IMG/VR virus record: IMGVR_UViG_3300023175_000005
Location: 186,001 to 250,000 of that record
Length of the DNA stretch: 64,000 bases
Direction: 5' to 3' (one strand)
The first letter of the stretch is position 1, and each line of letters opens with the position of its first letter. The notes under the pieces were generated by a model that saw only the letters and a list, made by a program, of their open reading frames with translations, was not told the DNA's origin and made no database searches. The position numbers were made by a program, and so were the translations under genes. Shown in pieces: positions 45,507 to 55,351 of the stretch.

Positions 45507-45859
45507 TAGTACTCTCCGTTGCGGAAGTTTTCTATTTCGCCTCTTAGTATTTGATCGATTACCATCATCTTTTCTTCTCTTGTACACATCTCTTCGGGCA
45601 TTTTTTTGATTTTAAATTTATTAACATATTCTTTTATAGCACATTCGACAGTAGGAAGTAAAGACTTTTTATCGTATCTTTTGCCTTTTTTTACAACTTC
45701 TTGTACATCACACATTTTTGGATATAACTGGCGTCTATAAAATTCAGGATCATTCTTCATATACACCACTAAATCGTCAACAACGTTAAACGGAAGTTTA
45801 TCTCCCGTTTTTGTATCCATGTCTTGGCTAAGATCGTGAAACTCGTTGATTTTTACCAT
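45506..45859 (-). CDS. Hypothetical protein
   Basis: MVKINEFH; coupled at both ends. Confidence 0.6.
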   Translation of the reverse strand: MVKINEFHDLSQDMDTKTGDKLPFNVVDDLVVYMKNDPEFYRRQLYPKMCDVQEVVKKGKRYDKKSLLPTVECAIKEYVNKFKIKKMPEEMCTREEKMMVIDQILRGEIENFRNGEY

Positions 45860-46611
45860 TTGCGGCAACTCCAGTAACGTGCTTTTGTTCTTGGTCCTGG
45901 ATTATCACAGTTATGTCTAGCACGGAATGAACGTCTACGTGCTGGGTTAGACTTTTTGATCTTCATGTTTGGATCACCAAAGTTAACTTTCTTAATATTT
46001 TTAGTCTTTGGATCTCTTACATATACTTTGAACTTTTTAACATCGCCGCGCATAGGTTTGCCAAGTTTAACTTTGCGTCCTTGATATTCAGCTTCGTCCA
46101 TTGATTTTCTATCACGTCTTAATTCTAAATATTTTGTTCCACTAGTTGCTACCATACCCATTGCTTTTGCATCGTTTTGTGCTTGCATTTTATTTGTTAT
46201 TGGATAGCTTTTTTTAACTTCTAGTGTTCCTGGATCATAGACAATATACATATTTCTATATTTTTCAAACTCTGATCTTTCTTCTAAACCTTCATCTTCA
46301 TCTTCGTTGAACCACATGACACCGTAGTTTTCAAAAAACTCGTCGCCGTCATATGTTTCTTCAATATCTGAAATTTCTTCGTTAGCAGATATTTCAATAT
46401 CAAAGTCGTCATAACCTTGTTCAAACATATAATTTGCTAGGTGCTCTGCATATCCATCTGCTTCTTCTTCTGATAATTCCCTAGATAGAGGAATTTCAAA
46501 AACTGTTGCACCCTGTTCTGATTCAAAAATGTCGTTGCCTGGAAAAATTGACTCATCTAACTTTTCAGCAATATCAGTTTTTTCCATGACTACTCGGATA
46601 AAATGTTCCAT
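45853..46611 (-). CDS. Probable late/head protein, acidic N-half and basic C-terminal module
   Basis: Late promoter 46640-46645; MDEAEYQGRKV...RYWSCRKW. Confidence 0.55.
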   Translation of the reverse strand: MEHFIRVVMEKTDIAEKLDESIFPGNDIFESEQGATVFEIPLSRELSEEEADGYAEHLANYMFEQGYDDFDIEISANEEISDIEETYDGDEFFENYGVMWFNEDEDEGLEERSEFEKYRNMYIVYDPGTLEVKKSYPITNKMQAQNDAKAMGMVATSGTKYLELRRDRKSMDEAEYQGRKVKLGKPMRGDVKKFKVYVRDPKTKNIKKVNFGDPNMKIKKSNPARRRSFRARHNCDNPGPRTKARYWSCRKW

Positions 46612-46638
46612 GATCGATCCTTTGTAAATTTACTAATA

Positions 46639-47337
46639 CTATTTATCTAGATCGTGTTTGTAAATTAGTTTATCGATCCTTGAAATATTACCACCTGCAA
46701 GTAGTTCAAACAATGTAAGTGCTTTGTCGTTCTTAATATAAACGTATTGCCCTTTTATCCAGTTTTTGTTTTTTATTTTTTGTAACAGTTTAGTGCCGCA
46801 TTTGCATAAATTAGGATTTTTTACAATCCAATTAGCCATTTCAGGATTAACATTCTTGCCACCAAATGTAACTTTATAATCAAACTCTGTTTCTTTGTTA
46901 ACAATAATTACATTTTTATTATTTTGCAAATATTCTATCATATCAGGACTCGGCTTCCAAACTTTAATGTAGTCTGCTGATAAAGTATTGGCTAATTTGT
47001 CTATCAAACTCTCGTTGTTTGAATAAATGTTTAAGAAACTTTGCTCTATTCTAACAGTATAGTCTGTTTCATGCATTAGATTGGTAATGATTCTTTCGAC
47101 ATCTAATATCTCATTAGTATCAATAGAAATATGTGAGTGACCAAATCTTGCGTTTACTTGAAATGTTTTACTTCCAGGAAAAATTCTTGCTTTAAATGAA
47201 TTAAGTTCTCGTCTTGCGTACTGAAAGTTTTTCCCGTGCTGTATTTCAGTACGCAATATATGTGCTATATAAAGTCTTGTTTCTAATTTATATAGATATT
47301 TGTTATAATGTAGTTTTGTAGTCTCAGCTTGTTGCAA
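46639..47337 (-). CDS. Hypothetical protein
   Basis: 232 aa, coupled to clpA. Confidence 0.6.
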   Translation of the reverse strand: MQQAETTKLHYNKYLYKLETRLYIAHILRTEIQHGKNFQYARRELNSFKARIFPGSKTFQVNARFGHSHISIDTNEILDVERIITNLMHETDYTVRIEQSFLNIYSNNESLIDKLANTLSADYIKVWKPSPDMIEYLQNNKNVIIVNKETEFDYKVTFGGKNVNPEMANWIVKNPNLCKCGTKLLQKIKNKNWIKGQYVYIKNDKALTLFELLAGGNISRIDKLIYKHDLDK

Positions 47338-49573
47338 TTACAGTACTCTCAACATTTAAGACGATGTCTTTGCCTTTTGCGTTGATTGATAGTTTACCAC
47401 CGTCTTTCAAATCACCAAACAATAGCATTCTTGACAAAGGACGTTTAATATCTTTGTCAATAACACGCTGTAATGGTCTTGCACCCATTTTACGATCAAA
47501 GCCTTTGTCTACTAACAAATCTAATGCTTCGTCTGTAACAGAAACTTCTACGTTTTTATCCGCAACTTGATCTTTAAGTTCTTTTAAGAACTTGCCAACA
47601 ATTTTTAACATCACAGGCTTACCAAGTTTAGCAAACGTAATAACGCCATCTAGCCTATTTCTAAACTCTGGTGCAAAGAATTTTTTCAATTCGCCATCTT
47701 CGTAGTCAGAACCGTCTGATTCTTCACCAAATCCGATAGCATTTTTCTCTGCTTCTCTTGCACCAAGATTTGTTGTTAGGATTAGGATACTGTTACGTGC
47801 ATCTGCTTCCTTACCGTTGCTGCCAGTGATCATACCGTTGTCCATAAGTTGCAATAAAACATTACTTACATCTGGGTGTGCTTTTTCAATTTCATCTAGC
47901 AACAACACACAGTTGGGATTTTCTTGCAGTTTGATAATCAACTGTCCTGCATCGTCTTCAAATCCTACATAACCTGGAGGTGCACCGATAAACTTTGCAA
48001 CACTATGCTTCTCTTGATATTCACTCATATCAAATCGTACAAGTTGTACACCTAAATGATGTGCAAGTTGTTTTGCTGTTTCTGTTTTACCTGTACCTGT
48101 CGGACCCATAAACACAAATGATCCAATCGGTTTATCTTCTGGTTTAAGTCCTGCTTGCGAAACAAGTATTTTATCAACAATACCTTCGATTGCTTCGTCT
48201 TGACCGTAAACACTACCTTTCATATTAGTTTCTAAATTAGCAAGATTTTCTGTCTCACGTTCTGCAACTTGCTCTTTTGGTATTTTAACCATTTTTGCAA
48301 GTTCAAATTGAATACTTTCTTCTGTGACAATTTTATTTTCTGTCTGATTATTGACCTTGAACCTACTACATGCAACATCAATAACATCAATTGCTTTGTC
48401 AGGTAGTTTTTTATCTGCTTGATATTTGATTGTAAGTTTTACTGCTGCTTCAATTGCTTCATCTGTAATTTCTACAGTATGAAATTCTTCATAATATTTC
48501 TTAATACCATGTAAAATATCTTTTGTAATTTCTGCACTCGGCTCGTCAACAGTTACACGCTGGAATCTTCTCATAAGCGCACGATCTGATTCGAAGTACT
48601 TGCGGTACTCTTCCCAAGTAGTTGAAGCAACAACTTTGATATTACCTTTAGACAATGCAGGTTTTAACATATTTGCTAAATCATTTGCACTATTACTTCC
48701 ACCTGCGCCAGCGCCACTAATCATGTGTGCTTCGTCAATAAACATAATAGTTTTGCCTTTTTTCTGTAGTGCAGATAACACAAGTTTAAAGCGTTCTTCA
48801 AAGTCGCCGCGGTATTTTGAACCTGCAAGCATACTGCCGATATCAAGTGCATAAACATTGTATTCTTTTAAAAACTCTGGAACATCGTTGTTTACAATTT
48901 TCCATGCTAAACCTTCAGCAATAGCAGTTTTACCCACACCTGGATCGCCGACCATAAGCACATTTGATTTTGTGCGGCGTCCTAGTGCAAGTGCTAGTGA
49001 TTCTATTTCGTCTTCCCGTCCGATAACAGGATCTATACGACCTTTTTTAACATCGGCATTGAGATCGTCAGTAAATGCTTTTAATGCTTTGTTAGCAATA
49101 CCAGCATTTTCCATGTCTTCGTCTGCTACTATATCTAATTCAAGTTCTGCACTCATATATTGGATAAACTTATCTTTCTGAATGCCTGCTTGTTGACATG
49201 CAAAGAACGCATAACTTCTTTTTTCGCTTAATGTACTAATAAAAACATCAGTAATTTCGATTTGATTGCGTCCTTGAAATAATACTTGTGCAAAAGCTCG
49301 ATTTAAAACCCGCTCAACAGTGCCTGTCTTAACAGGTTTATATTTTTTTGCTTCTGTTTTAATTTCGTTTAATTTTGTTTTGAGATAATTTTCTACATTC
49401 TTTTTCAATAGGTCTACATCTGTATCAAACCCTTTTAATGCTGTAGAAAATTGTTCTTCACACAGCATTGCAAACAGAAGATGTTCAAGAGTAACATATT
49501 CATGCTGTAATTTCTTTGCGTCTTTAACTGCCTTATCAAATACTACTTGTAATGCTTGGCTAGGTTCTACCAT
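47324..49573 (-). CDS. clpA: ATP-dependent Clp protease ATP-binding subunit
   Basis: N-domain EHLL; GDPGVGKT; FIDEAH; GPTGTGKT; LLLDEIEKAH; IGF ClpP-docking loop; GARPL. Confidence 0.93.
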   Translation of the reverse strand: MVEPSQALQVVFDKAVKDAKKLQHEYVTLEHLLFAMLCEEQFSTALKGFDTDVDLLKKNVENYLKTKLNEIKTEAKKYKPVKTGTVERVLNRAFAQVLFQGRNQIEITDVFISTLSEKRSYAFFACQQAGIQKDKFIQYMSAELELDIVADEDMENAGIANKALKAFTDDLNADVKKGRIDPVIGREDEIESLALALGRRTKSNVLMVGDPGVGKTAIAEGLAWKIVNNDVPEFLKEYNVYALDIGSMLAGSKYRGDFEERFKLVLSALQKKGKTIMFIDEAHMISGAGAGGSNSANDLANMLKPALSKGNIKVVASTTWEEYRKYFESDRALMRRFQRVTVDEPSAEITKDILHGIKKYYEEFHTVEITDEAIEAAVKLTIKYQADKKLPDKAIDVIDVACSRFKVNNQTENKIVTEESIQFELAKMVKIPKEQVAERETENLANLETNMKGSVYGQDEAIEGIVDKILVSQAGLKPEDKPIGSFVFMGPTGTGKTETAKQLAHHLGVQLVRFDMSEYQEKHSVAKFIGAPPGYVGFEDDAGQLIIKLQENPNCVLLLDEIEKAHPDVSNVLLQLMDNGMITGSNGKEADARNSILILTTNLGAREAEKNAIGFGEESDGSDYEDGELKKFFAPEFRNRLDGVITFAKLGKPVMLKIVGKFLKELKDQVADKNVEVSVTDEALDLLVDKGFDRKMGARPLQRVIDKDIKRPLSRMLLFGDLKDGGKLSINAKGKDIVLNVESTVIATS

Positions 49574-50084
49574 TTTTGTTCCTTTTTGCTTGCTTTTTTA
49601 AACCCATGTTAAGTTTTAGTCTGCTAACTCTATTAATGAATTGTATTCCTTGTAAGTGATCATATTCGTGTAAAAATATTCTACTGTCAATATCATTAAA
49701 TTTTGTCTCTACATGTATAACATCTTTATAGTCATTTGTCAACGTATCAAATTCAACAACACAACTAATTGGACGTCTTACTTTAAGTGTCAACCCCGGA
49801 TGGCTTAAACACCCTTCAATTCCTTCTTCTAATTCTTTACTAATACCTTTAATGTGCGGATTTATTACAACGATTGTATCGCCGTATTTTTTATTTAACA
49901 AACATTTCATAACAAATATCTGCCCATTTATTCCCACTTGATTTGCTGATAATCCTAACCCTCCTTCCTTTTGCATTAATTCAATCATTTCAAATGCAAG
50001 AGGTCTTGGATTGTCTGTAGCCAAATCAAACTTTGGAACAGGATTTTCTAGTCTTGTATCAGGCGCTACGATTAATTGCATCAT
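49560..50084 (-). CDS. def: Peptide deformylase
   Basis: [21 protein letters not shown]. Confidence 0.93.
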   Translation of the reverse strand: MMQLIVAPDTRLENPVPKFDLATDNPRPLAFEMIELMQKEGGLGLSANQVGINGQIFVMKCLLNKKYGDTIVVINPHIKGISKELEEGIEGCLSHPGLTLKVRRPISCVVEFDTLTNDYKDVIHVETKFNDIDSRIFLHEYDHLQGIQFINRVSRLKLNMGLKKQAKRNKNGRT

Positions 50085-50889
50085 TTATTAATTTTACCTT
50101 TTCTAGCATATTAGGATCTTTTATTTTTGGTGTAATACCTTTCAACTTTACATATAAATTTCCTGTACGTCCTGTATTAAGTTCTGGCAAACCTTTTCCA
50201 GATATACTTAATATAGTACCTGGGTTTGTTCCTGCAGGGATATTCAATCTAACCATGCCTCCTTCTAGAGTTGGAATGTTTTTAGTTGTACCTGCTATAA
50301 ATTCCAATAAATTGACCTTTTCTTCAATATGTAAGTGTGCATTATCCCTTCTAAACCTAGGATGTTTAACAATGGCTATTTGCATAATCAAGTCACCTCT
50401 AGGTAAACTATGTGCAGAGTGATCTCCTAATCCTCTGTATCTCATTAATTGACCATCCATTACACCAGGAGCAATTCTAATACTTGCACTTGTTTCTACA
50501 CCATTCAACATATTATAAGTTGCAAGAAAATCTTTACCTCGTAAAACATCTTCTAGTGTGAGACTTACCCGCAACCTAATATCTTTGTTTCTGACTGCAC
50601 GATGTTGTTGTGCAAAACCTTGTCCAAACATACTGCCAAAAATATCATTAAAATTACCGAAGTTATCAGTAAACGCATTACCTTGAAAATTATTATTAGT
50701 TGCAGGATTGTCATACAACGATCTTTTTTCAGGATCTTTTAACGTATCATATGCTTCGTTAATTTGAGCGAACTTTTTGCCATCACCACCCTTGTCAGGA
50801 TGGTGTTGCATTGCAAGTTTTCTATATGCTTTCTTTAATTCGTCTGACGTGGCGTCTTTGTTTACACCCAGTACGCTGTAATAGTCCAT
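50059..50889 (-). CDS. DnaJ-class II/CbpA-like chaperone (no Zn finger)
   Basis: J-domain with HPD, G/F-rich linker, DnaJ C-terminal domains. Confidence 0.9.
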   Translation of the reverse strand: MDYYSVLGVNKDATSDELKKAYRKLAMQHHPDKGGDGKKFAQINEAYDTLKDPEKRSLYDNPATNNNFQGNAFTDNFGNFNDIFGSMFGQGFAQQHRAVRNKDIRLRVSLTLEDVLRGKDFLATYNMLNGVETSASIRIAPGVMDGQLMRYRGLGDHSAHSLPRGDLIMQIAIVKHPRFRRDNAHLHIEEKVNLLEFIAGTTKNIPTLEGGMVRLNIPAGTNPGTILSISGKGLPELNTGRTGNLYVKLKGITPKIKDPNMLEKVKLINDAINRSA

Positions 50890-50912
50890 ACTATTACTTA
50901 TTTACTACTTTG

Positions 50913-51308
50913 TTATTTTTTGCTAGTTCCGGTGTATAGTCCAAACCATGCTGCGCCAGCACCTACAATTACGGAAATTAGTGCAGACTGATTCATGCTA
51001 GGATCAGGTAGTTCCATATACCATAAAACTGTTTTGTAAAGCAAAAAGATATAAACTGTTAGGAATGCTCTTGGAAAAATCCTCCATGCATCTACTGCTT
51101 TTGCTAAATGTATAAGTTTAGCATAAGGATTTGGTCCTAGATCTTTTACAGTTGTATCAACTTCCAAATCAAGTTTTACTTTCTTTGTTGCTCCTTCAGA
51201 ACTTGCTGGAACTGCTACTGTAGAATCATATGTAGGCATTTCAGTCATTTGTTCTGCTTTTGCTTTAGGTGCTGCTGGTTTTAAATCTTCTGGTTTTTTA
51301 CGCGGCAT
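50913..51308 (-). CDS. Two-TM membrane protein
   Basis: DAWRIFPR...; two hydrophobic helices. Confidence 0.6.
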   Translation of the reverse strand: MPRKKPEDLKPAAPKAKAEQMTEMPTYDSTVAVPASSEGATKKVKLDLEVDTTVKDLGPNPYAKLIHLAKAVDAWRIFPRAFLTVYIFLLYKTVLWYMELPDPSMNQSALISVIVGAGAAWFGLYTGTSKK

Positions 51309-52041
51309 TCTTAAGCCCTCCTTTTAAGTAATCAAACATTTGTTCCGCTATACGTTTATGTCCTTGAGGACTAGGGTGCGGATCTTGTTTTCCTATTATA
51401 TCATAACTCATCGTTGGCATGATGTCTATGTCTTTATATAATTCTCGGTATTCTGGTGGATATTGTTTTGGTACAGATCCGAACTGCATCCACCAATAAG
51501 TTTTAACATTAAAACTTTTAAATATCCTATCTAATGATAAAACATGGCTGATACTTTCGTACATTCCTTGCACTTCGGTAAATGATCTTGTTCTGGCTTC
51601 GTGTATTGTTTTATTTGATGGAGGTAACGACTTATGAAAATCGTTACCCCATACGTTTACCCTAACCCATTTTTTATCATCGTGTGTATAAGTATAATCT
51701 TTTCTTTTCCAAAAACGTCCATCTTCAAACGGTACTTTAGTTTCTACATATTCATCCTTGCCTGTGTAATATTCCATCCTGAATGCTTCTGTAGTCTGTA
51801 AAACTGCAATTGTATTATCTAAGATTACTTGAGGTGTATTGACTAACCAGTCTATACTTGTCCTTACCATCCTTTGATTACTACCACAACCTTTAGCATG
51901 TTGAATCGGAGTTCTGTCTAACAATTGTGCTAGATAGTAAGGCCAAACTAGTTTTTCTCTATCGGCTTCTTTGTATCCGTGGTCTTCGTTAATACCGCCT
52001 CCCCATGTAAAACTACATCCGTTAGTGTAAAGATATTTCAA
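51298..52041 (-). CDS. SGNH/GDSL-like hydrolase
   Basis: NGCSFTWG; DPHPSPQGH. Confidence 0.55.
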   Translation of the reverse strand: MKYLYTNGCSFTWGGGINEDHGYKEADREKLVWPYYLAQLLDRTPIQHAKGCGSNQRMVRTSIDWLVNTPQVILDNTIAVLQTTEAFRMEYYTGKDEYVETKVPFEDGRFWKRKDYTYTHDDKKWVRVNVWGNDFHKSLPPSNKTIHEARTRSFTEVQGMYESISHVLSLDRIFKSFNVKTYWWMQFGSVPKQYPPEYRELYKDIDIMPTMSYDIIGKQDPHPSPQGHKRIAEQMFDYLKGGLKNAA

Positions 52042-52787
52042 TCCATGTTTCCTATGTGTTTAATATATTCAGTCATTGAATGATCGCCAAAGTTGTCAAT
52101 TTTGCCCTGTTTGAGTCCCATCCACATACCGCGCCAACGATCTTTAGTACGTTGCCAAGGTGTTAATGGACGAAACTTGCCATATGCGTTTATGTAATGT
52201 TCTGTACCGTGATGTTTGTAAGCCATAACTGCTAATGGAACTCTTGTTACAATATCGTTATTATTAACAAATCTATGATGCTCTACACATAAACTTTTAC
52301 AATAACCTTTCCAACCCACACGTGGAGAACCGAATGTGTAAAGTTCTTCTACTGGATTAATGCCTTCGTACAAATGGCATCTGCTTGCCATAATAGTTGC
52401 CATTGCTGCACCTAAACTATGTCCACAGAACCATAATTTTTTCTTTTCATTTGCTTTGCGATCAATATCTTCTAGTACCATTGGCCAAAGTTCGTCAACT
52501 TCTGCTTTAAAGCCTCTGTGTACTCTTGATACTGTTTCTGCCATTACAGGCATTGCTTTTAAATCTGCCTTAATATCATTAAATTCGCTCGGCTGTGTTC
52601 CCCGGCAAGCAATAACTAAATCTTCTTTATTCATGAAGCGCCAAGCTTGTGCGCCATCTTTATTATAAAACTCTGTTGTTGTAAAGCCTAGTTTTTTGGC
52701 TTCTTTCGTTGCATCATCTAAATATGCTATACTTGCTAAACGTGCAAAAAGGAGACTGCGCTCCTTAAAATTCATTTCACTTATCAT
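52038..52787 (-). CDS. Lipase class 3
   Basis: ACRGT, CGHSLGAA (GxSxG), NNNDIVTRVP, DH. Confidence 0.85.
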   Translation of the reverse strand: MISEMNFKERSLLFARLASIAYLDDATKEAKKLGFTTTEFYNKDGAQAWRFMNKEDLVIACRGTQPSEFNDIKADLKAMPVMAETVSRVHRGFKAEVDELWPMVLEDIDRKANEKKKLWFCGHSLGAAMATIMASRCHLYEGINPVEELYTFGSPRVGWKGYCKSLCVEHHRFVNNNDIVTRVPLAVMAYKHHGTEHYINAYGKFRPLTPWQRTKDRWRGMWMGLKQGKIDNFGDHSMTEYIKHIGNMD

Positions 52788-53073
52788 TTTTGCCCTCCAA
52801 ATCTGCTAAACGTTTTTCAATGCTATCAATTTTTGCAGTTATTTTTGGATATTTTTTACGCCAAGCATCTTCCGGTTGTTCTAACCAAGTAAGGCCCCAC
52901 CGTTCTACCAGATAATCTATTGCTCTATCTACTTGAGCATATCCCCATAACCCTATACGAGTTGTGCTTATGTATGCAACAAAAATTGCACCAAAAACTG
53001 ACCCTGCTAGTGCTGTGTATATCCACAGCCTATCACTGGCCATCCTTTCTATCATTTCCCACATCGTTAACAC
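52777..53073 (-). CDS. Small membrane protein, holin candidate
   Basis: TM segment plus charged C-terminus within lysis cassette. Confidence 0.4.
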   Translation of the reverse strand: MLTMWEMIERMASDRLWIYTALAGSVFGAIFVAYISTTRIGLWGYAQVDRAIDYLVERWGLTWLEQPEDAWRKKYPKITAKIDSIEKRLADLEGKNDK

Positions 53074-53608
53074 CCTCTATTAACTGTGTGTATTTATACC
53101 TACGTATACCTAAAGCATGTTTAGGATTGTATAAATCATATCTAACTTCGTTTTTTTGATTTCCGCCTAGTATTACCCAATACGTTTGTCCGTTTACTGT
53201 CTGTGTTTCAGTGTAAAAACCTACATGTCCTTGCCAACCTCTATCGCCTCTAGGAAATATTACAACGTCACCACGTTGAATATTTTCAGGTTCTACTGGA
53301 TCGCCCCAAGTTAAAAAACTTCGTGCCATTAGAGGAACATCACTTACGCTTTCGCTGCCAGGTATACCGTCTAGTTCAAGTACAGCATTTACAAATGCCG
53401 CACACCATTCTGTACGAACAGGATCAACACCTACAAATTCTTTGATTTGTTTCCTATCTTGACGTTCTTCTAAACCTATGAAAGGCTGTGCTGATACTAC
53501 TGGATCCGGTTGAGATGCATTACATCCTGCTAAGACGCTCGTAAAACTAATCGTCCACAATAACTGCTTTATCAAGTGCCTGTTCTGCCTCTTTATAATA
53601 ACCTTCAT
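53033..53608 (-). CDS. NlpC/P60-CHAP (TIGR02594-like) peptidase with lipobox
   Basis: LAGC lipobox; WCAAFVN; GHVGF; LGGNQ. Confidence 0.75.
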   Translation of the reverse strand: MKVIIKRQNRHLIKQLLWTISFTSVLAGCNASQPDPVVSAQPFIGLEERQDRKQIKEFVGVDPVRTEWCAAFVNAVLELDGIPGSESVSDVPLMARSFLTWGDPVEPENIQRGDVVIFPRGDRGWQGHVGFYTETQTVNGQTYWVILGGNQKNEVRYDLYNPKHALGIRRYKYTQLIEGVNDVGNDRKDGQ

Positions 53609-53963
53609 AGGCTGCTATAATTGCTTGTTGTTGTTGAACCAACGCCCGTATATCTGAGAAGTTCAATCCTAGGTTACCGTAGCCTTCGCCCGTAAGTGCA
53701 TACAGAGCAAATGCTTTGCCTTCGCTGTTTAGTTTGGCAATTACTGCGTCTACATTATTTTCATTGAGGACAATCCATTCAACATTCCGCATATTGAGTT
53801 CGTCAACAGGAGGAAGTTCCAGTGTTGGTTTTTCAACTGGTGATGTGGTTATTTCAATCTGCTGTGGTTTCGTTGAGCAGGCCGCGAGACTTATAAGTAT
53901 CGTAAAGCCAAGGACACTCTTTGTTAAAAGCGATGCCATTTTCAGCGTTCCTTTCTTTGTCAT
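53547..53963 (-). CDS. o-spanin (Rz1-like) lipoprotein
   Basis: LAAC lipobox, Pro-rich, overlaps 3' end of i-spanin. Confidence 0.65.
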   Translation of the reverse strand: MTKKGTLKMASLLTKSVLGFTILISLAACSTKPQQIEITTSPVEKPTLELPPVDELNMRNVEWIVLNENNVDAVIAKLNSEGKAFALYALTGEGYGNLGLNFSDIRALVQQQQAIIAAYEGYYKEAEQALDKAVIVDD

Positions 53964-54342
53964 TCAATTCTGCCCCCGAAAGCAATTCAAAACATCTGCC
54001 AGCATTTACAGTTCCTCTATTTACAGCACGTTCAATACTTTCAGCATTTGCTATTGCTGCTGCTGTTAAATCAATTTCCTGTAATTTGTCTGCTAGTCTT
54101 TGGTTTTGTCTACGTATAGCAGTGTATGCTTCGTTTAAACTAGCAAGTTCACTAGATGCTTTTTCATAGTCTTGTTCTAGTGAACTTATAGTTTGTTCAT
54201 TTAATTCAACTGCGGTGTTAAGTTTAGCATTGTTTTCTTGTAGGATAGCCATACGTTCTTGTGTATCGTTATAATACCAATAACCTATACCGCCTGCTCC
54301 TAAGAGCAACATGAACATAACAATAGCTAATTTAGCACCCAT
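53854..54342 (-). CDS. i-spanin (Rz-like)
   Basis: N-terminal TM then long coiled coil, directly after endolysin. Confidence 0.65.
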   Translation of the reverse strand: MGAKLAIVMFMLLLGAGGIGYWYYNDTQERMAILQENNAKLNTAVELNEQTISSLEQDYEKASSELASLNEAYTAIRRQNQRLADKLQEIDLTAAAIANAESIERAVNRGTVNAGRCFELLSGAELNDKERNAENGIAFNKECPWLYDTYKSRGLLNETTAD

Positions 54343-54347
54343 ACCAC

Positions 54348-55205
54348 CTACCCTAGTAATTTTCCCAATGTTTTGGGTCCTACTATGCCATCAGCAACAA
54401 GTCCATTTGCACTTTGCCATTTTTTTATAATGCGCTCTGTACCAGGACCAAAAATACCGTCTGCTGGAGAAATATCAAGTTTTTCTTGTACTTCTGCAAC
54501 TAGTGGTCCTCTGCTGCCTTTACGTATAGTTTGATTTAGATTTAATTCTTTTTCTTCAGGCTCTTCAAAATCACCACCTAACACATCCATTGCATGTAGA
54601 TAATGTTTTTTACGATCGTCTAAACCAATTGTACCACCGTTGATACGTTTTGTAGCGCCTACTACATCCATATCGTCACAATATTTGTTAATGTTGTTTG
54701 TATCCCAAAACCAGCAAGCACTATCTAATGCACCTTTTTTAGTGCGTACATAGTCGACTGCTTCTTCTGGTGACATGTCTACTTCTTTACCAAATTTTGT
54801 GTAGTTGTAACGTCCAGTAAGCTGAAGTATGCCGCCTCCGCGAAAACGCCAACCATCACCGCTTTCTGGACTTCCGTTATCCATACGATTTGCATAAATG
54901 ACGTTAGCAATCTTTTCAGGCTGTCTATGATAATCATTTGCATCTCTTCCTGCTCTTTTAAAATACTTTGGGAAAATTGTGTTTAATGCTTTTGCACTAT
55001 AATTTAAGTTTTCGCTTAACACTCTAAAGCCGCCACTTTCGTGTCCACATTGAGCAACAAACATTGCTACACGTTCAATAGTGTCTACTTCCCATAAAGG
55101 AAGAATTTCACACATTGCTTCGTACCATTCTTCCCAGTCATCTCGGTGGATCAGTTCTTCTGCCATCCACGGTTCAAAATCAAATTTAAAATTTTCAGCG
55201 CCCAT
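54348..55205 (-). CDS. GH19 endolysin with C-terminal PG_binding_1 domain
   Basis: AQCGHESG, FRGGGILQLTGRYNY, INGG..GL.DR; DGIFGPGT..DGIVGPKT. Confidence 0.92.
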   Translation of the reverse strand: MGAENFKFDFEPWMAEELIHRDDWEEWYEAMCEILPLWEVDTIERVAMFVAQCGHESGGFRVLSENLNYSAKALNTIFPKYFKRAGRDANDYHRQPEKIANVIYANRMDNGSPESGDGWRFRGGGILQLTGRYNYTKFGKEVDMSPEEAVDYVRTKKGALDSACWFWDTNNINKYCDDMDVVGATKRINGGTIGLDDRKKHYLHAMDVLGGDFEEPEEKELNLNQTIRKGSRGPLVAEVQEKLDISPADGIFGPGTERIIKKWQSANGLVADGIVGPKTLGKLLG

Positions 55206-55351
55206 TACTTTTCCTTATTTGGCTGGCAATCATTGCAGCGACAACAATCACAGACTTTTATAGCGTAAATTCTATTATCGTAATCTTTTTCATCACGATA
55301 GAGGGGAGTGTTACAATGTGCAGTATGTCCACAATTTTGACAATAGGTCAT
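55205..55351 (-). CDS. Unannotated 48-aa Cys-rich peptide
   Basis: MTYCQNCGHTAHC...VCDCCRCNDC; TAATG coupling at both ends. Confidence 0.65.
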   Translation of the reverse strand: MTYCQNCGHTAHCNTPLYRDEKDYDNRIYAIKVCDCCRCNDCQPNKEK

